A stretch of 63,717 nt of DNA, the filler included, from Lama guanicoe (lineage: Eukaryota), in the NCBI GenBank assembly GCA_013239625.1. It is 74 parts of 74 records of this genome, joined end to end, with 100 filler letters (N's around TTAATTAATTAA, not from the genome) between each part and the next. Parts side by side here need not be neighbours in the genome. Positions count along the whole stretch, not along the records: positions 1 to 994 come from MU053818.1; positions 1,095 to 1,617 come from PNXV01003875.1; positions 1,718 to 2,583 come from MU053819.1; positions 2,684 to 3,148 come from PNXV01003879.1; positions 3,249 to 3,871 come from PNXV01003888.1; positions 3,972 to 4,543 come from PNXV01003913.1; positions 4,644 to 5,468 come from MU053826.1; positions 5,569 to 6,038 come from PNXV01003920.1; 66 more parts are not named here. One strand, 5' to 3'. Positions 1 through 11,964 of the stretch are shown piece by piece (the stretch's first letter is position 1; every line of letters begins with the position of its first letter). Below the pieces are notes generated by a model. It had not been told where the DNA came from and ran no database searches. It worked only from the letters and a program-made list of their open reading frames with translations. The position numbers and the translations under genes are program-made.

Positions 1-994
1 ACCCAAGATTTAGAACATGAAATGCAGAACACAGAATTTAGAATATAGACTTAAAAATACTGAATATAGAATTTAGAACATCGAATGTAGAACACAGAAT
101 TTAGAATACAGAATTCAGAATACTGAATATAGAAATTAGAACATGGATTGCACATAACAGAATTTACAATACAGGATACAGAATACAGAATATAGAATTT
201 AGAACACAGCATATAGTATTTAGCATAGAGAATATAGAATCCAGAATTAAGAACACAGAATGCAGAACTGAGAATTTAGAATATATAATACTGAATACTA
301 AATATAGAATTTAGGACATAGAATAGAGAATATAGGACACAGAATTTAGAATATAGAATACAGATTACCGAATATAGAATTTAGATCATTGAAAGTAGAA
401 CACAGAATTATAATACAGAATAGAGAATACTGAATATAGAANNNNNNNNNNNNNNNNNNNNNNNNNNNNNNNNNNNNNNNNNNNNNNNNNNNNNNNNNNN
501 NNNNNNNNNNNNNNNNNNNNNNNNNNNNNNNNNNNNNNNNNNNNNNNNNNNNNNNNNNNNNNNNNNNNNNNNNNNNNNNNNNNNNNNNNNNNNNNNNNNN
601 NNNNNNNNNNNNNNNNNNNNNNNNNNNNNNNNNNNNNNNNNNNNNNNNNNNNNNNNNNNNNNNNNNNNNNNNNNNNNNNNNNNNNNNNNNNNNNNNNNNN
701 NNNNNNNNNNNNNNNNNNNNNNNNNNNNNNNNNNNNNNNNNNNNNNNNNNNNNNNNNNNNNNNNNNNNNNNNNNNNGAATATAGAATACGGAATGCAAAA
801 TTTAGTATGTATAATATGGAATGAAGAACAAACACTAAAGAATATAGAATAGAGTATATAGAACCCAGAATTTAGAACATGGAATGCAGAACACAGAATT
901 TAGGAAATAGAATAGAGAATACTGTATATAGAATTTACAACATATAATGCAGAACACAGAACTTAGAATATAGAATACAGAATACTAAATATAG
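1..994. repeat. AT-rich 7-bp-based satellite (AGAATAT/AGAACAC/AGAATTT variants)
   Basis: Degenerate heptamer periodicity throughout. Confidence 0.95.
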
Positions 995-1094
995 NNNNNN
1001 NNNNNNNNNNNNNNNNNNNNNNNNNNNNNNNNNNNNNNTTAATTAATTAANNNNNNNNNNNNNNNNNNNNNNNNNNNNNNNNNNNNNNNNNNNN
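995..1094. other. Artificial scaffold linker N44-TTAATTAATTAA-N44 (first of 73 copies; last core at 62897)
   Basis: Identical 100-bp structure recurs between unrelated fragments; palindromic TTAATTAATTAA puts stop codons in all six frames. Confidence 0.98.
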
Positions 1095-1617
1095 ATGACA
1101 CCTGCACCCCAATGATCATAGCAGCACTATTTACAATAACCAAGAAATGGAAACAGCCTAAATGTCCATCAACGGATTACTGGATAAAGAAGAAGTGGTA
1201 TATTTATCCAATAGAATACTACTCAGCCATAAAAACCAACAACATAATGCCTTTTGCAGCAACATGGATGCTCCTGAAGAATGTCATTCTAAGTGAAGTA
1301 AGCCAGAAAGAGAAAGAAAAATACCATATGAGATCGCTCATATGCGGAATCTAAAAACAAACAAACAAAGCATAAATACAAAACAGAAACAGACTCATAG
1401 ACATAGAATACAAACTTGTGCTTGCCAAGGGGGCAGAGGTTGGGAAGGGATAGACTGGATTTCAAAATTGTAGAATAGATAAGCAAGATTATACTGTATA
1501 GCACAGGGAAATATAGACAAGTTCTTATGGTAGCTCACAGAGAAAAGAAAAGTCTCAATGAATATATATATGTTCATGTATGACTGAAAAGTTGTGCTCT
1601 ACACTGGAATTTGACAC
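1095..1617 (+). mobile_element. LINE-1 ORF2 C-terminus and 3' UTR fragment
   Basis: MIIAALFTITKKWKQPKCPSTD..EYYSAIK..PFAATWM..ILSEVSQKEKEKYHM..LICGI* is the typical L1 ORF2 end. Confidence 0.95.
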
Positions 1618-1717
1618 NNNNNNNNNNNNNNNNNNNNNNNNNNNNNNNNNNNNNNNNNNNNTTAATTAATTAANNNNNNNNNNNNNNNNNNNNNNNNNNN
1701 NNNNNNNNNNNNNNNNN

Positions 1718-2583
1718 TCATACCAGTCCTTCTCAAACTCTTCCAGACGATTGAAGAGGAGGGAATGCTCCCAAACTCATTCTATGAAGCCACCATCACC
1801 CTGGTACCAAGACCAGGCAAAGACACTACAAAAAAAGAGAACTATAGGCCAATATCACTGATGAACATAGACACCAAAATACTCACCACAATTTTAGCAA
1901 ATAGAATCCAGCAACACATAAAAAAGATTATACATCATGACCAAGTGGGGTTGATCCCAGGGACACAAGGCTGGTTCAACATACGCAAATCAATCAATGT
2001 AATACATCACATCAACAAGAGAAAGGNNNNNNNNNNNNNNNNNNNNNNNNNNNNNNNNNNNNNNNNNNNNNNNNNNNNNNNNNNNNNNNNNNNNNNNNNN
2101 NNNNNNNNNNNNNNNNNNNNNNNNNNNNNNNNNNNNNNNNNNNNNNNNNNNNNNNNNNNNNNNNNNNNNNNNNNNNNNNNNNNNNNNNNNNNNNNNNNNN
2201 NNNNNNNNNNNNNNNNNNNNNNNNNNNNNNNNNNNNNNNNNNNNNNNNNNNNNNNNNNNNNNNNNNNNNNNNNNNNNNNNNNNNNNNNNNNNNNNNNNNN
2301 NNNNNNNNNNNNNNNNNNNNAGCCACAGCAATCAGGCAAGAGCAAGAAATAAAAGGGATCCAAATTGGAAGAGAAGAGGTAAAAGTGTCACTATATGCTG
2401 ATGACATGTTACTACATGTAGAAAACCCTAAAAGGTCCACACAAAAGCTACTAGAGCTGATTGAAGAATTCAGCAAGGTAGGAGGCTACAAAATTAACGT
2501 TCAAAAATCACTTGCATTTCTTTATGCTAATGATGAATCAACAGAAAAAGACAGTAAGGAAACAATCCCCTTTAAAATAGCAC
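1718..2583 (+). mobile_element. LINE-1 ORF2 reverse transcriptase fragment
   Basis: [66 protein letters not shown] catalytic motif at 2394-2405. Confidence 0.97.
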
Positions 2584-2859
2584 NNNNNNNNNNNNNNNNN
2601 NNNNNNNNNNNNNNNNNNNNNNNNNNNTTAATTAATTAANNNNNNNNNNNNNNNNNNNNNNNNNNNNNNNNNNNNNNNNNNNNTGTATGGTGAAGCCTGT
2701 TGGGCGAGGCAGGTAGATGATCAAGGTCGAATGGAGTTTATTGGCTGCACAAAGTGCTGTGTCTGAGAGCTGGAGACCATCGCCATGGGAAATGCTTGGT
2801 GCCGGGAACAATGCAGGGGTGCTGGGGAGCCTGTGAGTTAAGGATTTTCGAGCCCTGGG

Positions 2860-3060
2860 AGTGGGAAAATCAGACTCTGCATTCAGATCTGAGTTTGAAT
2901 TCATCCTCTTTAGTTTACTGGTCCTCTGACTTTTGTCAAGTTATATACCCTTTCAACTCCTGTATTTTGTTGTCTCTCAAAATAGGAGAATTACAGCCTG
3001 CTGCTTGAGTGTTTGATCAGGGTAAATAATTTCTGTCTATAAGATGCCACGTACAGTCAC
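2860..3060 (+). mobile_element. MIR SINE fragment (old)
   Basis: Degenerate MIR core-like motifs; boundaries approximate. Confidence 0.5.
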
Positions 3061-4643
3061 AATCTCAGTGAAAAATGGACTGTCGCCTCTTCTTCTGCTA
3101 GTTAGTGCTTGACAAGACATGGGGGAAAGCCAGTCCCTAATTTGTGTGNNNNNNNNNNNNNNNNNNNNNNNNNNNNNNNNNNNNNNNNNNNNTTAATTAA
3201 TTAANNNNNNNNNNNNNNNNNNNNNNNNNNNNNNNNNNNNNNNNNNNNCAACAGACCTGTACTAGGCCTATATTCATAAAAGCCACGTCTGTATTTTGCC
3301 AACAGTAGGTAATCTACGTATCTTGCAAAATACTTCTCAAAGAGCCAAGAAATCATACAAGTGTATTGAAATACAAAAACATTTATTTACATATTAAAAC
3401 AGCATGAGCTTTTTTCTATTAAAAAAGCTGACATGTCAAATCAATGTTTTGATATTTTAAAACCTATTAAGAGTGCAGAAACATAAATCAAAATTTTCTT
3501 TAATCACAAAAGATCAATGTGGATTTTTCTAAACTTAATGCTTCTGGTCAGATTCCTATGAATTTAAATATCTTAGTGGATAGTTACACGGCAACATGAA
3601 TACTGAGTTGCAACAATACACATTCTGTGTAAATAATCTTCAAGGTCGTCTGCTTAAGACAATTTAAATAGTCCCTGTTTCAATTGAATGATGCAGATTT
3701 CATTAAAAGTTCATACTGCACGCACACACACACGCAAATCCCTGTCATTGTGACAGCACATTTTTACTAAGCAGCTCATGGATGCTTTGCATACAAGGCG
3801 TCTAACTCTCACAGTCAGACACGGTAAACGGCATCACTTAAATTTTACAAATGAGGAAATATACTTAAGCCNNNNNNNNNNNNNNNNNNNNNNNNNNNNN
3901 NNNNNNNNNNNNNNNTTAATTAATTAANNNNNNNNNNNNNNNNNNNNNNNNNNNNNNNNNNNNNNNNNNNNTGCTCCTCCTGTCCATCTGTCTCCCTCCA
4001 CTTTACCCCTTCTCTCCACCTGCTCCCATCTTGTCCCTCCCTTGCTGCCCCACCTTCCCTCACAGAACCCAGAGAGGATCGCTGGCCCTCCTGCGTATGC
4101 GCAGTCGGTGCCAGCTGGACCGCTGGTTGGAAGCTCCAACTCCGAGCCGGGAATCGGCCCAAAGGCTTCTTGGCTCTGTTGCCCGGTAGGCCTTTGGCAC
4201 CTACCTGGAGCCGGGGCCTCTGGCTGTGGAAGTGCAATGTGGGGGGCTCCCGGGAAAGGGGTCAGGCGGCTGCAGGAGGGCGGTCCTCCTGTCACAGCCC
4301 CCCAGGGAGCCAGTCAGCCTGTGTTCAGCTGAATTGCTCTGGCCAGACCCCTCTGCTGCGCCACCTGCCCCGGCGCCCCAGCCACAGCTGTCCAGGGCCA
4401 GGTGTGCCCCTACCACCTCTCACCCAGCCGGGCTCCCCTCAGTCCGCGGCTGGCGTCCCCTTCTCCTCTCACACCCGCGAGTCCTCTCCTCCGGGGCTTT
4501 CTCTACTTGGCCGCCGGCCCGTCCCAACCACTGGGCGGGCTGTNNNNNNNNNNNNNNNNNNNNNNNNNNNNNNNNNNNNNNNNNNNNTTAATTAATTAAN
4601 NNNNNNNNNNNNNNNNNNNNNNNNNNNNNNNNNNNNNNNNNNN

Positions 4644-5468
4644 TGCGTGGAGTTGTCTCTCGAGCTCCCCCACGCACTGACAAAGTTCCGGAGTCCTAAG
4701 CGTGGGGAGGTTCCACCAACGGTCGGTAGCGCGTGGGTTCTTACGGAATGCCTAAGCTTGTCTCCCCTGATGGTTTTCCTAATGTCTCTGTGCCAGGGAA
4801 TGCTAGGGGGGTTTGCAGGAATTCCCAGGGACAGAGGCTGCCTCCCCAAGGTCAGGGAAGTTATTTCTAAGACTTCCCTGAATAGGGAACACCTGTGACT
4901 GAAGAGAGCTGTGTGGAGTTGTCTCTCGAGCTCCCCCACGCACTGACAATGGTTCCGGAATCCTGAGCGTGNNNNNNNNNNNNNNNNNNNNNNNNNNNNN
5001 NNNNNNNNNNNNNNNNNNNNNNNNNNNNNNNNNNNNNNNNNNNNNNNNNNNNNNNNNNNGTGCCAGGGAACGGGGGTTTGCAGGAAGTCCCAGGGACAGA
5101 GGCTGCCTCCCCAAGTTCAGGGAATTTATTTCTCGGACTTCCCCGAACATGGAACACCTGTGACTGAAGAGAGCTGCGTGGAGTTGTCTCTAGAGCTCCC
5201 CACGCAGTGACAATGGTTCCGGAATCCTGAGAGTGGGGAGATTCCACCAAAGGTCGGCAGGGCGTGGGTTCTAACAAAATGCCTAAGCTTGTCTCCCCTG
5301 AGGGTTTTCCTAATGTCTCTGTGCCAGGGAATGCTAGGGGGGTTTGCAGGAATTCCCAGGGACAGAGGCTGCCTCCCGAAGTTCAGAGAAGGTATTTCTC
5401 GGACTTCCCAAAACAGGGCACACCGGTGACTGAAGAGAGCTTCGTAGAGTTGTCTATCGAGCTCCCCC
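4644..5468. repeat. GC-rich 267-bp satellite
   Basis: Tandem monomers containing GAGAGCTGCGTGGAGTTGTCTCTCGAGCTCCCCC and GGGGAGGTTCCACCAACGGTCGG. Confidence 0.95.
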
Positions 5469-5623
5469 NNNNNNNNNNNNNNNNNNNNNNNNNNNNNNNN
5501 NNNNNNNNNNNNTTAATTAATTAANNNNNNNNNNNNNNNNNNNNNNNNNNNNNNNNNNNNNNNNNNNNCAGCAAATTAAAAATTAAAATATACCATAAAG
5601 CATTGAAGGATATAGTGACTTAC

Positions 5624-6038
5624 TGATGCAGGAAAACAGATGTGGGGCATGAGGAGGGCCATGTCCCAGGCTTTGGTTGAGCCCCTGGGACATGCCCCGC
5701 TAAGTGTGGATCCTTGGCTTCACGCAGGAAAGAATTCAAGAGTGAGCCACAGTTGAGTAAAGGTAGATTTATTCAGAGAGATAGCTGGAAAGGCAAGAGA
5801 AAAGCCACAAGGTGTGGGGGTTGGGTGCTCAGATTAATAGTAGGTACACACTCCAAGACAGAGTGTGGGCTGACTCCAAAGAAGGAGAGAGAGGAGAGGC
5901 CGCGAGGTGCCGTGTTGCTGATTTTTATGGGCTTGGTGGCCTCATGTGCTAATAAGTGGGAGGACCAGTCTCAGTGGCCTGAGGAAGGAGCTGGGATTCC
6001 CAGGAAGTTGGCCATTTCCCACTCTCTGACCTTTTGTG
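5624..6038 (-). mobile_element. ERV1-type LTR fragment
   Basis: Begins TG; GCAGGAAAGAATTCAAGAGTGAGCC motif typical of ERV1/MER4-group LTRs; minus-strand AATAAA and TATA-like boxes in LTR order. Confidence 0.6.
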
Positions 6039-6409
6039 NNNNNNNNNNNNNNNNNNNNNNNNNNNNNNNNNNNNNNNNNNNNTTAATTAATTAANNNNNN
6101 NNNNNNNNNNNNNNNNNNNNNNNNNNNNNNNNNNNNNNTTCTCTATAAAAACTTAATTGCTTTTTCTCAACTGCTACGTCTTCCTATTAAAAAAAATTTT
6201 TTAAACACTCAGCAATTGTCATTCCCTGCAAAAATTAGACTCAAGGGAAATGTAGAATGTCTTCATGGTTATCTGATTCTATCCAATAAAAGTTGTAAAA
6301 TTTACTATGTTATTATACTATGTTATTAACATGAAACCTTATAAAAAAAAAAACCCTTTTCATTTTGGGGTAGGTTTAGACTCACAGAATGTTAGTGCTA
6401 GAAGGAAGT

Positions 6410-6740
6410 TTTGTACTCTTGGTTGGGTTACTTAACCTCTCTGTGCTTCATCTTAACATTAATTGTACTTGTCTTATATGGTTGGTTTGAGGTTTAAATG
6501 GGATAGTATATTCATTGATTAATTAAGCTGTAATTTACTGAATTCTTACCTGCTAGGCACTGTATGCTATTGTAAGCACATTAATTCATTTAATCCAGGT
6601 ACTAACACTATTAGGCACAGATACTGCCATTTCACTTATTTTACAGAGAAAGTGAGGCACAAAGAGGGAGGTCACTTGTCCAAGATCACTCAGCTAGTAA
6701 GTAGCAGAGCTGGGGTTCTAACCCATGCAGTTTAGTTCTA
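6410..6740. mobile_element. MIR SINE fragments in both orientations
   Basis: TTACTTAACCTCTCTGTGCTTCA and TTTTACAGAGAAAGTGAGGCACAAAGAGG..CACTTGTCCAAGATCACTCAGCTAGTAAGT match MIR core. Confidence 0.7.
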
Positions 6741-7553
6741 CTTACAAATAAAAGCTAGTGTTTGCTAAACTATTGAAATATGAAGTAAGACGTTGACCAT
6801 GTACTTCCGNNNNNNNNNNNNNNNNNNNNNNNNNNNNNNNNNNNNNNNNNNNNTTAATTAATTAANNNNNNNNNNNNNNNNNNNNNNNNNNNNNNNNNNN
6901 NNNNNNNNNGAGAGACAGACAGCTTTAGTGTTCCACTTGTCTTCACTGGTTCTAGTGCGTCCTTACAAGTCACAGCTTGTCCATGCGCTTGTCCACATCC
7001 AACTTTCCTTCACAAATGTCACCCCAGTTAACTTACATGAATTCACGGCTCAACACCAGATGCAAAGATGACAGCTTCATATAGACTCCTCCACCAGCTC
7101 TAGGAATTGCCTGAGTTTTTATTCTTATAGCTAAACCTTCATTCTATGCAGTTCTGCTTCTCTGTTTCTGCCCTCACTGGCGCAAGACGTAAGAGGAAAG
7201 GAATTAGGAAGTGATTTTTATGAAGATCCCAGGGAATGTGACACAGGTTTGTGATATGTCTTTAAGTGAAACCATCACTGTAAATTTCTATGGGGAATGT
7301 TCTCAATTTTAGTCAACTTTTTTCTGCATGACTGTTTTAATGTCAAAAATTAAAGACTGAGAATGTATTAGTACAATGTCCCAGTGGACACCTGTTTCCA
7401 AATGACATAAAAGGAGCTTTTATTTAGAATCCAGTCTTCTGACCTGGACCGCAGACCACACACCCACAGGGCTGCCGCGTCTTGTCTGGGGGCTGCAGGT
7501 GTGCATCTCGGCTTGGCTCCTGCAGCAGGGAGCTCTCTCTTTTTGAGCTCTGG

Positions 7554-7592
7554 GGTTTTTGTTCAGCTTGTCCTATTACTTCAAGCACTGTG
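7554..7592 (-). promoter_or_regulatory. V(D)J recombination signal sequence, 23-bp spacer
   Basis: Minus strand CACAGTG + CTTGAAGTAATAGGACAAGCTGA (23 nt) + ACAAAAACC; consensus heptamer and nonamer. Confidence 0.97.
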
Positions 7593-7889
7593 CTTCCATC
7601 GTAAGCACAGAAGTACTTCGCAGAATCCTCCAGCTGTAAGTTTGAGATGGNNNNNNNNNNNNNNNNNNNNNTGCTTTCCGGAGTTTACAGAGTAGCGGCC
7701 ACTCTTGGCATTCCCACTAGATGAATCCTGACGAATAAGGAAAGTCATCTCTCCACTGGGAGGCTGCTTGTACCAAAAAATATAGTATATGCTAACACTT
7801 GTTTCATACCGACAGTTCAGGGTGACTGTCTTCCCCACGGGAGAGGATACGGCTGGCTGGTCTTGAGTAACTGTCTGGGCCACTCCTGA
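7593..7889 (-). CDS. TRDV1: T-cell receptor delta variable (TRDV1-like) V exon; possible 1-bp frameshift near 7682
   Basis: [60 protein letters not shown][gap][17 protein letters not shown] has the conserved Cys, Trp and YFC, followed by an RSS. Confidence 0.9.
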
Positions 7890-7989
7890 NNNNNNNNNNN
7901 NNNNNNNNNNNNNNNNNNNNNNNNNNNNNNNNNTTAATTAATTAANNNNNNNNNNNNNNNNNNNNNNNNNNNNNNNNNNNNNNNNNNNN

Positions 7990-9116
7990 GTCTCTCAGAA
8001 CTCAGCATGTGGAGAGACGTTCTTTCATCCAGCACAAACGGAATTTTTTCCAGGAGAAACAATTACACTGGTTTCTCAGTCTGTTTCCTAGTGCCGGTTT
8101 GACGTGCCTGCCTTTTTCCCTGTAAAAAAGAGTTGGAGCATCTACATCCCCATATATATGTATGGAGTGGAGTTTGCAACTGAAAAGAAACTTTGTGTTC
8201 CCTTCAAGATAGATGAAGGACGGCTTTCAATCACATTTATCTCTCAGAATTGAGCATGTGGAGAGAAGTTCGTTCATCCAGCACAAAGTGAACGGGTTGG
8301 AGGAGAAACACTTACTCTGGTTTCTCAGTCTGTTTCCTAGTGCCGGTTTGAAGTGCCTACCGTTTTCACTGAAAACCGAGATGGAGCTTGTACCTCCACT
8401 ATATATTTATGGAGTGGGTTTGCAACTGAAAATAAACTATGTGTTCCCTTCAAGCTAGTTGAAGGATGGCTTCACACACAATTATCTCTCAGAACCTAGC
8501 TTGTGGAGTGACGTTCGTTCATCCAGCACAAAGGGAACGGGTTGCAGGAGAAACACTTACTCTGGTTTCTCAGTCTGTTTCCTAGTGCCGGTTTGAAGTG
8601 CCTGCCGTTTTCANNNNNNNNNNNNNNNNNNNNNNNNNNNNNNNNNNNNNNNNNNNNNNNNNNNNNNNNNNNNNNNNNNNNNNNNNNNNNNNNNNNNNNN
8701 NNNNNNNNNNNNNNNNNNNNNNNNNNNNNNNNNNNNNNNNNNNNNNNNNNNNNNNNNNNNNNNNNNNNNNNNNNNNNNNNNNNNNNNNNNNNNNNNNNNN
8801 NNNNNNNNNNNNNNNNNNNNNNNNNNNNNNNNNNNNNNNNNNNNNNNNNNNNNNNNNTGGGGCTTGTACATCCAAATATATGTGTATAGATTGGGTTTTG
8901 AAACTAAAAGAAATTTTGGGTTCCCTTCAAGCAAGGTGAAGGGCGGCATTCACACACACTTATCTCTCCGAACTGAGTATGTGGAGAGACGTTCGTCCAT
9001 CCAGCACAATGGGAACGTGTTGCTGGAGAAACCATATCTAGGTTTTCTAAGTCTGTTTCCTAGTGGGGGTTTGAAGTGCCTGTTTTTTCACTGTAAAACA
9101 GAGTTGGAGCTTCTTC
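7990..9116. repeat. ~248-bp satellite
   Basis: TCTCTCAGAA recurs at 7991, 8240, 8485; monomer contains GAGACGTTCGTTCATCCAGCACAAAGGGAAC. Confidence 0.95.
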
Positions 9117-9216
9117 NNNNNNNNNNNNNNNNNNNNNNNNNNNNNNNNNNNNNNNNNNNNTTAATTAATTAANNNNNNNNNNNNNNNNNNNNNNNNNNNN
9201 NNNNNNNNNNNNNNNN

Positions 9217-10056
9217 AAGTCTTCACTTTGTGATTTTATCTAACACATGCAATGAGTTAAAAAAAATCAGACAGCAAGTGAACTTCATCCCCTCATGTAC
9301 ATGTACATGTACTAGAGGTTATAGCAGTGATATTTTGGCTTTGGGCCACGTGTTCATTCCTTGAATTCTTTGATCCATGTTTTGTAGTTTTCAGAACTCA
9401 AGACTTGCACATTCTTTGTTAGATTTATACCTAGTAATTTCATTTTTTGAGTGACTGTAAATGGTAATATATTTTAGAATTCAGTGTCCATGTGTCCCTC
9501 ATTATTATATAAAAATAAAATGATTTTTCATGTTTATCTTGTATCCTAAAAACATTGTAAACTTATTTATTATTTTTAACAATATTTTTAAGAATTTTTG
9601 ATTTCTTGAGATTTTGTATACACATAATTATGTCATCTGCAAATAGTGACAGTTTTACTATTTTAAATTTGTATGCATTTTTTTTATTTTGCACTGGCTA
9701 GAACTCCCTGCAGGTTGGTGAGTAAGAGAACAGTCATCCTTGGCTTGTTCCCAATGACAGGAGGCAACATTCAGTCCTTCCCTGTTAAGTGTAACACTAG
9801 CTGGAGGCCTTGTCTTTACTTTTCTTGGGAACCACACTGACTAGAATTTCTAGTACAATGTTAAATAGCAAAGGTGAGAACTGACATTCTTGTCCTGTTC
9901 CTGATCTCAGGGGGAAAATATCCAGTATTTTATCATCAAGTATAATGTTAGCTCTGGGTTATTCATAGGTTCTCTCTATTAAGTTGAGGAATTTTCCATC
10001 TAGTTTTTGAAAGCTTTTATCATGAAAGAGTGCTGGATTTTGTCAAATGCTCTTTC
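9217..10056 (-). mobile_element. Old LINE-1 ORF2 fragments
   Basis: Antisense L1 motifs (ATGTCATCTGCAAATAGTGACAGTTTTAC; CTTGTCCTGTTCCTGATCTCAGGGG; GGATTTTGTCAAATGC). Confidence 0.85.
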
Positions 10057-10365
10057 NNNNNNNNNNNNNNNNNNNNNNNNNNNNNNNNNNNNNNNNNNNN
10101 TTAATTAATTAANNNNNNNNNNNNNNNNNNNNNNNNNNNNNNNNNNNNNNNNNNNNCTTCCCCCTTCCATCCTGTCTCACTGTGATGACACAGAGAAAGC
10201 AAAGGTCAGTCCCTACCTGTGCTCCTGCATTTAACGGCGGGAGGTGTGGTGTGGGCTTATGATGACTCTGAGTGGTGAGAAGGATGTTTCAGATTTTCCC
10301 ACGTGAGACATGGGGACCTGCCAGCAGCCACTGCAGATTTATCTCAGGGGCATTATCGCTTGTGT

Positions 10366-10778
10366 TGTTATGGAAACAACAGGCCATCCAAGAAACAAGA
10401 ATTACCCAGAGGGTTGGAGTACTGAGAATTATTACGCTGGCGGGCTCAGAAGAGGGGCTTCTTTTCCAAAGCTCTGAGCACCTCCAAGACGTGCACATGA
10501 GGTTTTATAGGGTTAATTACAAGCATGGGGCTATTACCCAATAAGGATCAAACAACAAAAAGCAAGCAATCAGTACACTGAAGCTTATCAATTTGGAAAA
10601 GATCACGTTACTCACAATTGTTGACCTTTGATTTACGAGTTAGCTTATAAGCCCAGTAAACTGACACTAAACTTCAGATTTACCAGGGAGCCCAGCAAAA
10701 CTTAGATCAGTAAACCGACACTTATCACACTTAGATTTGTGACTTAGCTTGTTAGCCCAGCTGGGGTTTTCCTTCACA
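10366..10778 (-). mobile_element. Complete solo LTR (ERV1-like), 413 bp
   Basis: TG...CA termini flanked by 4-bp target-site duplication GTGT (10362-10365 and 10779-10782); minus-strand CTATAAAA box near 10505. Confidence 0.75.
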
Positions 10779-10895
10779 GTGTCACTTATCTTTTCTATTT
10801 TTCTTTTTTTCTTTTTTTAAGTATTTAATCCAAATTTAATATCAGGGTTTTTTGGGAAAGAAGTTTCTCTTTCTCTTTTCTTTGGTGATCTTTTA

Positions 10896-10990
10896 GTGGG
10901 GGATGTAATTAGATGTATTTATCTGTTAGTGGAGGCCCTGGGGCTTAAACCCAGGACCCCATGCATGCTAAGCACATGCACTACCACCCG
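10896..10990 (-). mobile_element. Camelid tRNA-derived SINE (Vic-1-like), partial
   Basis: Minus strand GTGGTAGTGCATGTGCTTAGCATGCATGGGGTCCTGGGTTTAAGCCCCAG..CTAATTACATCCCCC: tRNA-like head plus family tail. Confidence 0.75.
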
Positions 10991-11129
10991 CCCCATCATC
11001 TTTTCTTTATGGTTTAGCTGCCAAGAATCNNNNNNNNNNNNNNNNNNNNNNNNNNNNNNNNNNNNNNNNNNNNTTAATTAATTAANNNNNNNNNNNNNNN
11101 NNNNNNNNNNNNNNNNNNNNNNNNNNNNN

Positions 11130-11864
11130 ATATTCTAAATTCTATATTCAGTATTTTGTAGTCTATATTCTAAATTCTTTGTTCTGACATCCATGTTCCA
11201 AATTCTGTCTTCTATATACTCTTTTATGTATTCTATATTTTGTGTTCTTCATTCTATATTCCACATTCTATATACTGCATTCCGTATTCTATATTATATA
11301 TTCTGTGTCTTNNNNNNNNNNNNNNNNNNNNNNNNNNNNNNNNNNNNNNNNNNNNNNNNNNNNNNNNNNNNNNNNNNNNNNNNNNNNNNNNNNNNNNNNN
11401 NNNNNNNNNNNNNNNNNNNNNNNNNNNNNNNNNNNNNNNNNNNNNNNNNNNNNNNNNNNNNNNNNNNNNNNNNTGTGTTCTACATTATATATTCTAAATT
11501 CTATATTCTGTATTCTGTATTCTATAATGTAAATTCTATGTTCTGCATTCCATGTTGTAAATTCTGGGTTCCATATTCTCTATTCTATATTCTATATTCT
11601 GTGTTCTACATTCTATACTCTAAATGCTGTATTCATTATTCTTTATTCTATATTCTAAATTATGTGTTCTTCATTCTATGTTCTAAATTCTATATTCATT
11701 ATTCTGTTTTCTATATTCTTAATTCTGTGTTCGGCAGTCCATGTTCTAAATTCTGGATTCTATATTCTCTCTGCTATTTTCTATATTCTGTGTTCTACAT
11801 TCTATACTCTAAATGCTGTATTCATTATTCTTTATTCTATATTCTAAATTATGTGTTCTTCATT
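11130..11864. repeat. AT-rich 7-bp-based satellite (reverse orientation)
   Basis: ATATTCT periodicity; internal duplication offset 189 bp (27x7). Confidence 0.95.
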
Positions 11865-11964
11865 NNNNNNNNNNNNNNNNNNNNNNNNNNNNNNNNNNNN
11901 NNNNNNNNTTAATTAATTAANNNNNNNNNNNNNNNNNNNNNNNNNNNNNNNNNNNNNNNNNNNN

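Noticed and set aside
346..835. ORFs dominated by X (many across the track)
   Set aside because: Open only because they run through N gaps
3972..4543. Overlapping GC-rich ORFs
   Set aside because: No recognisable protein; explained by high GC. A minus-strand CAG|GTAGGT near 4205 may mark an exon but is unsupported
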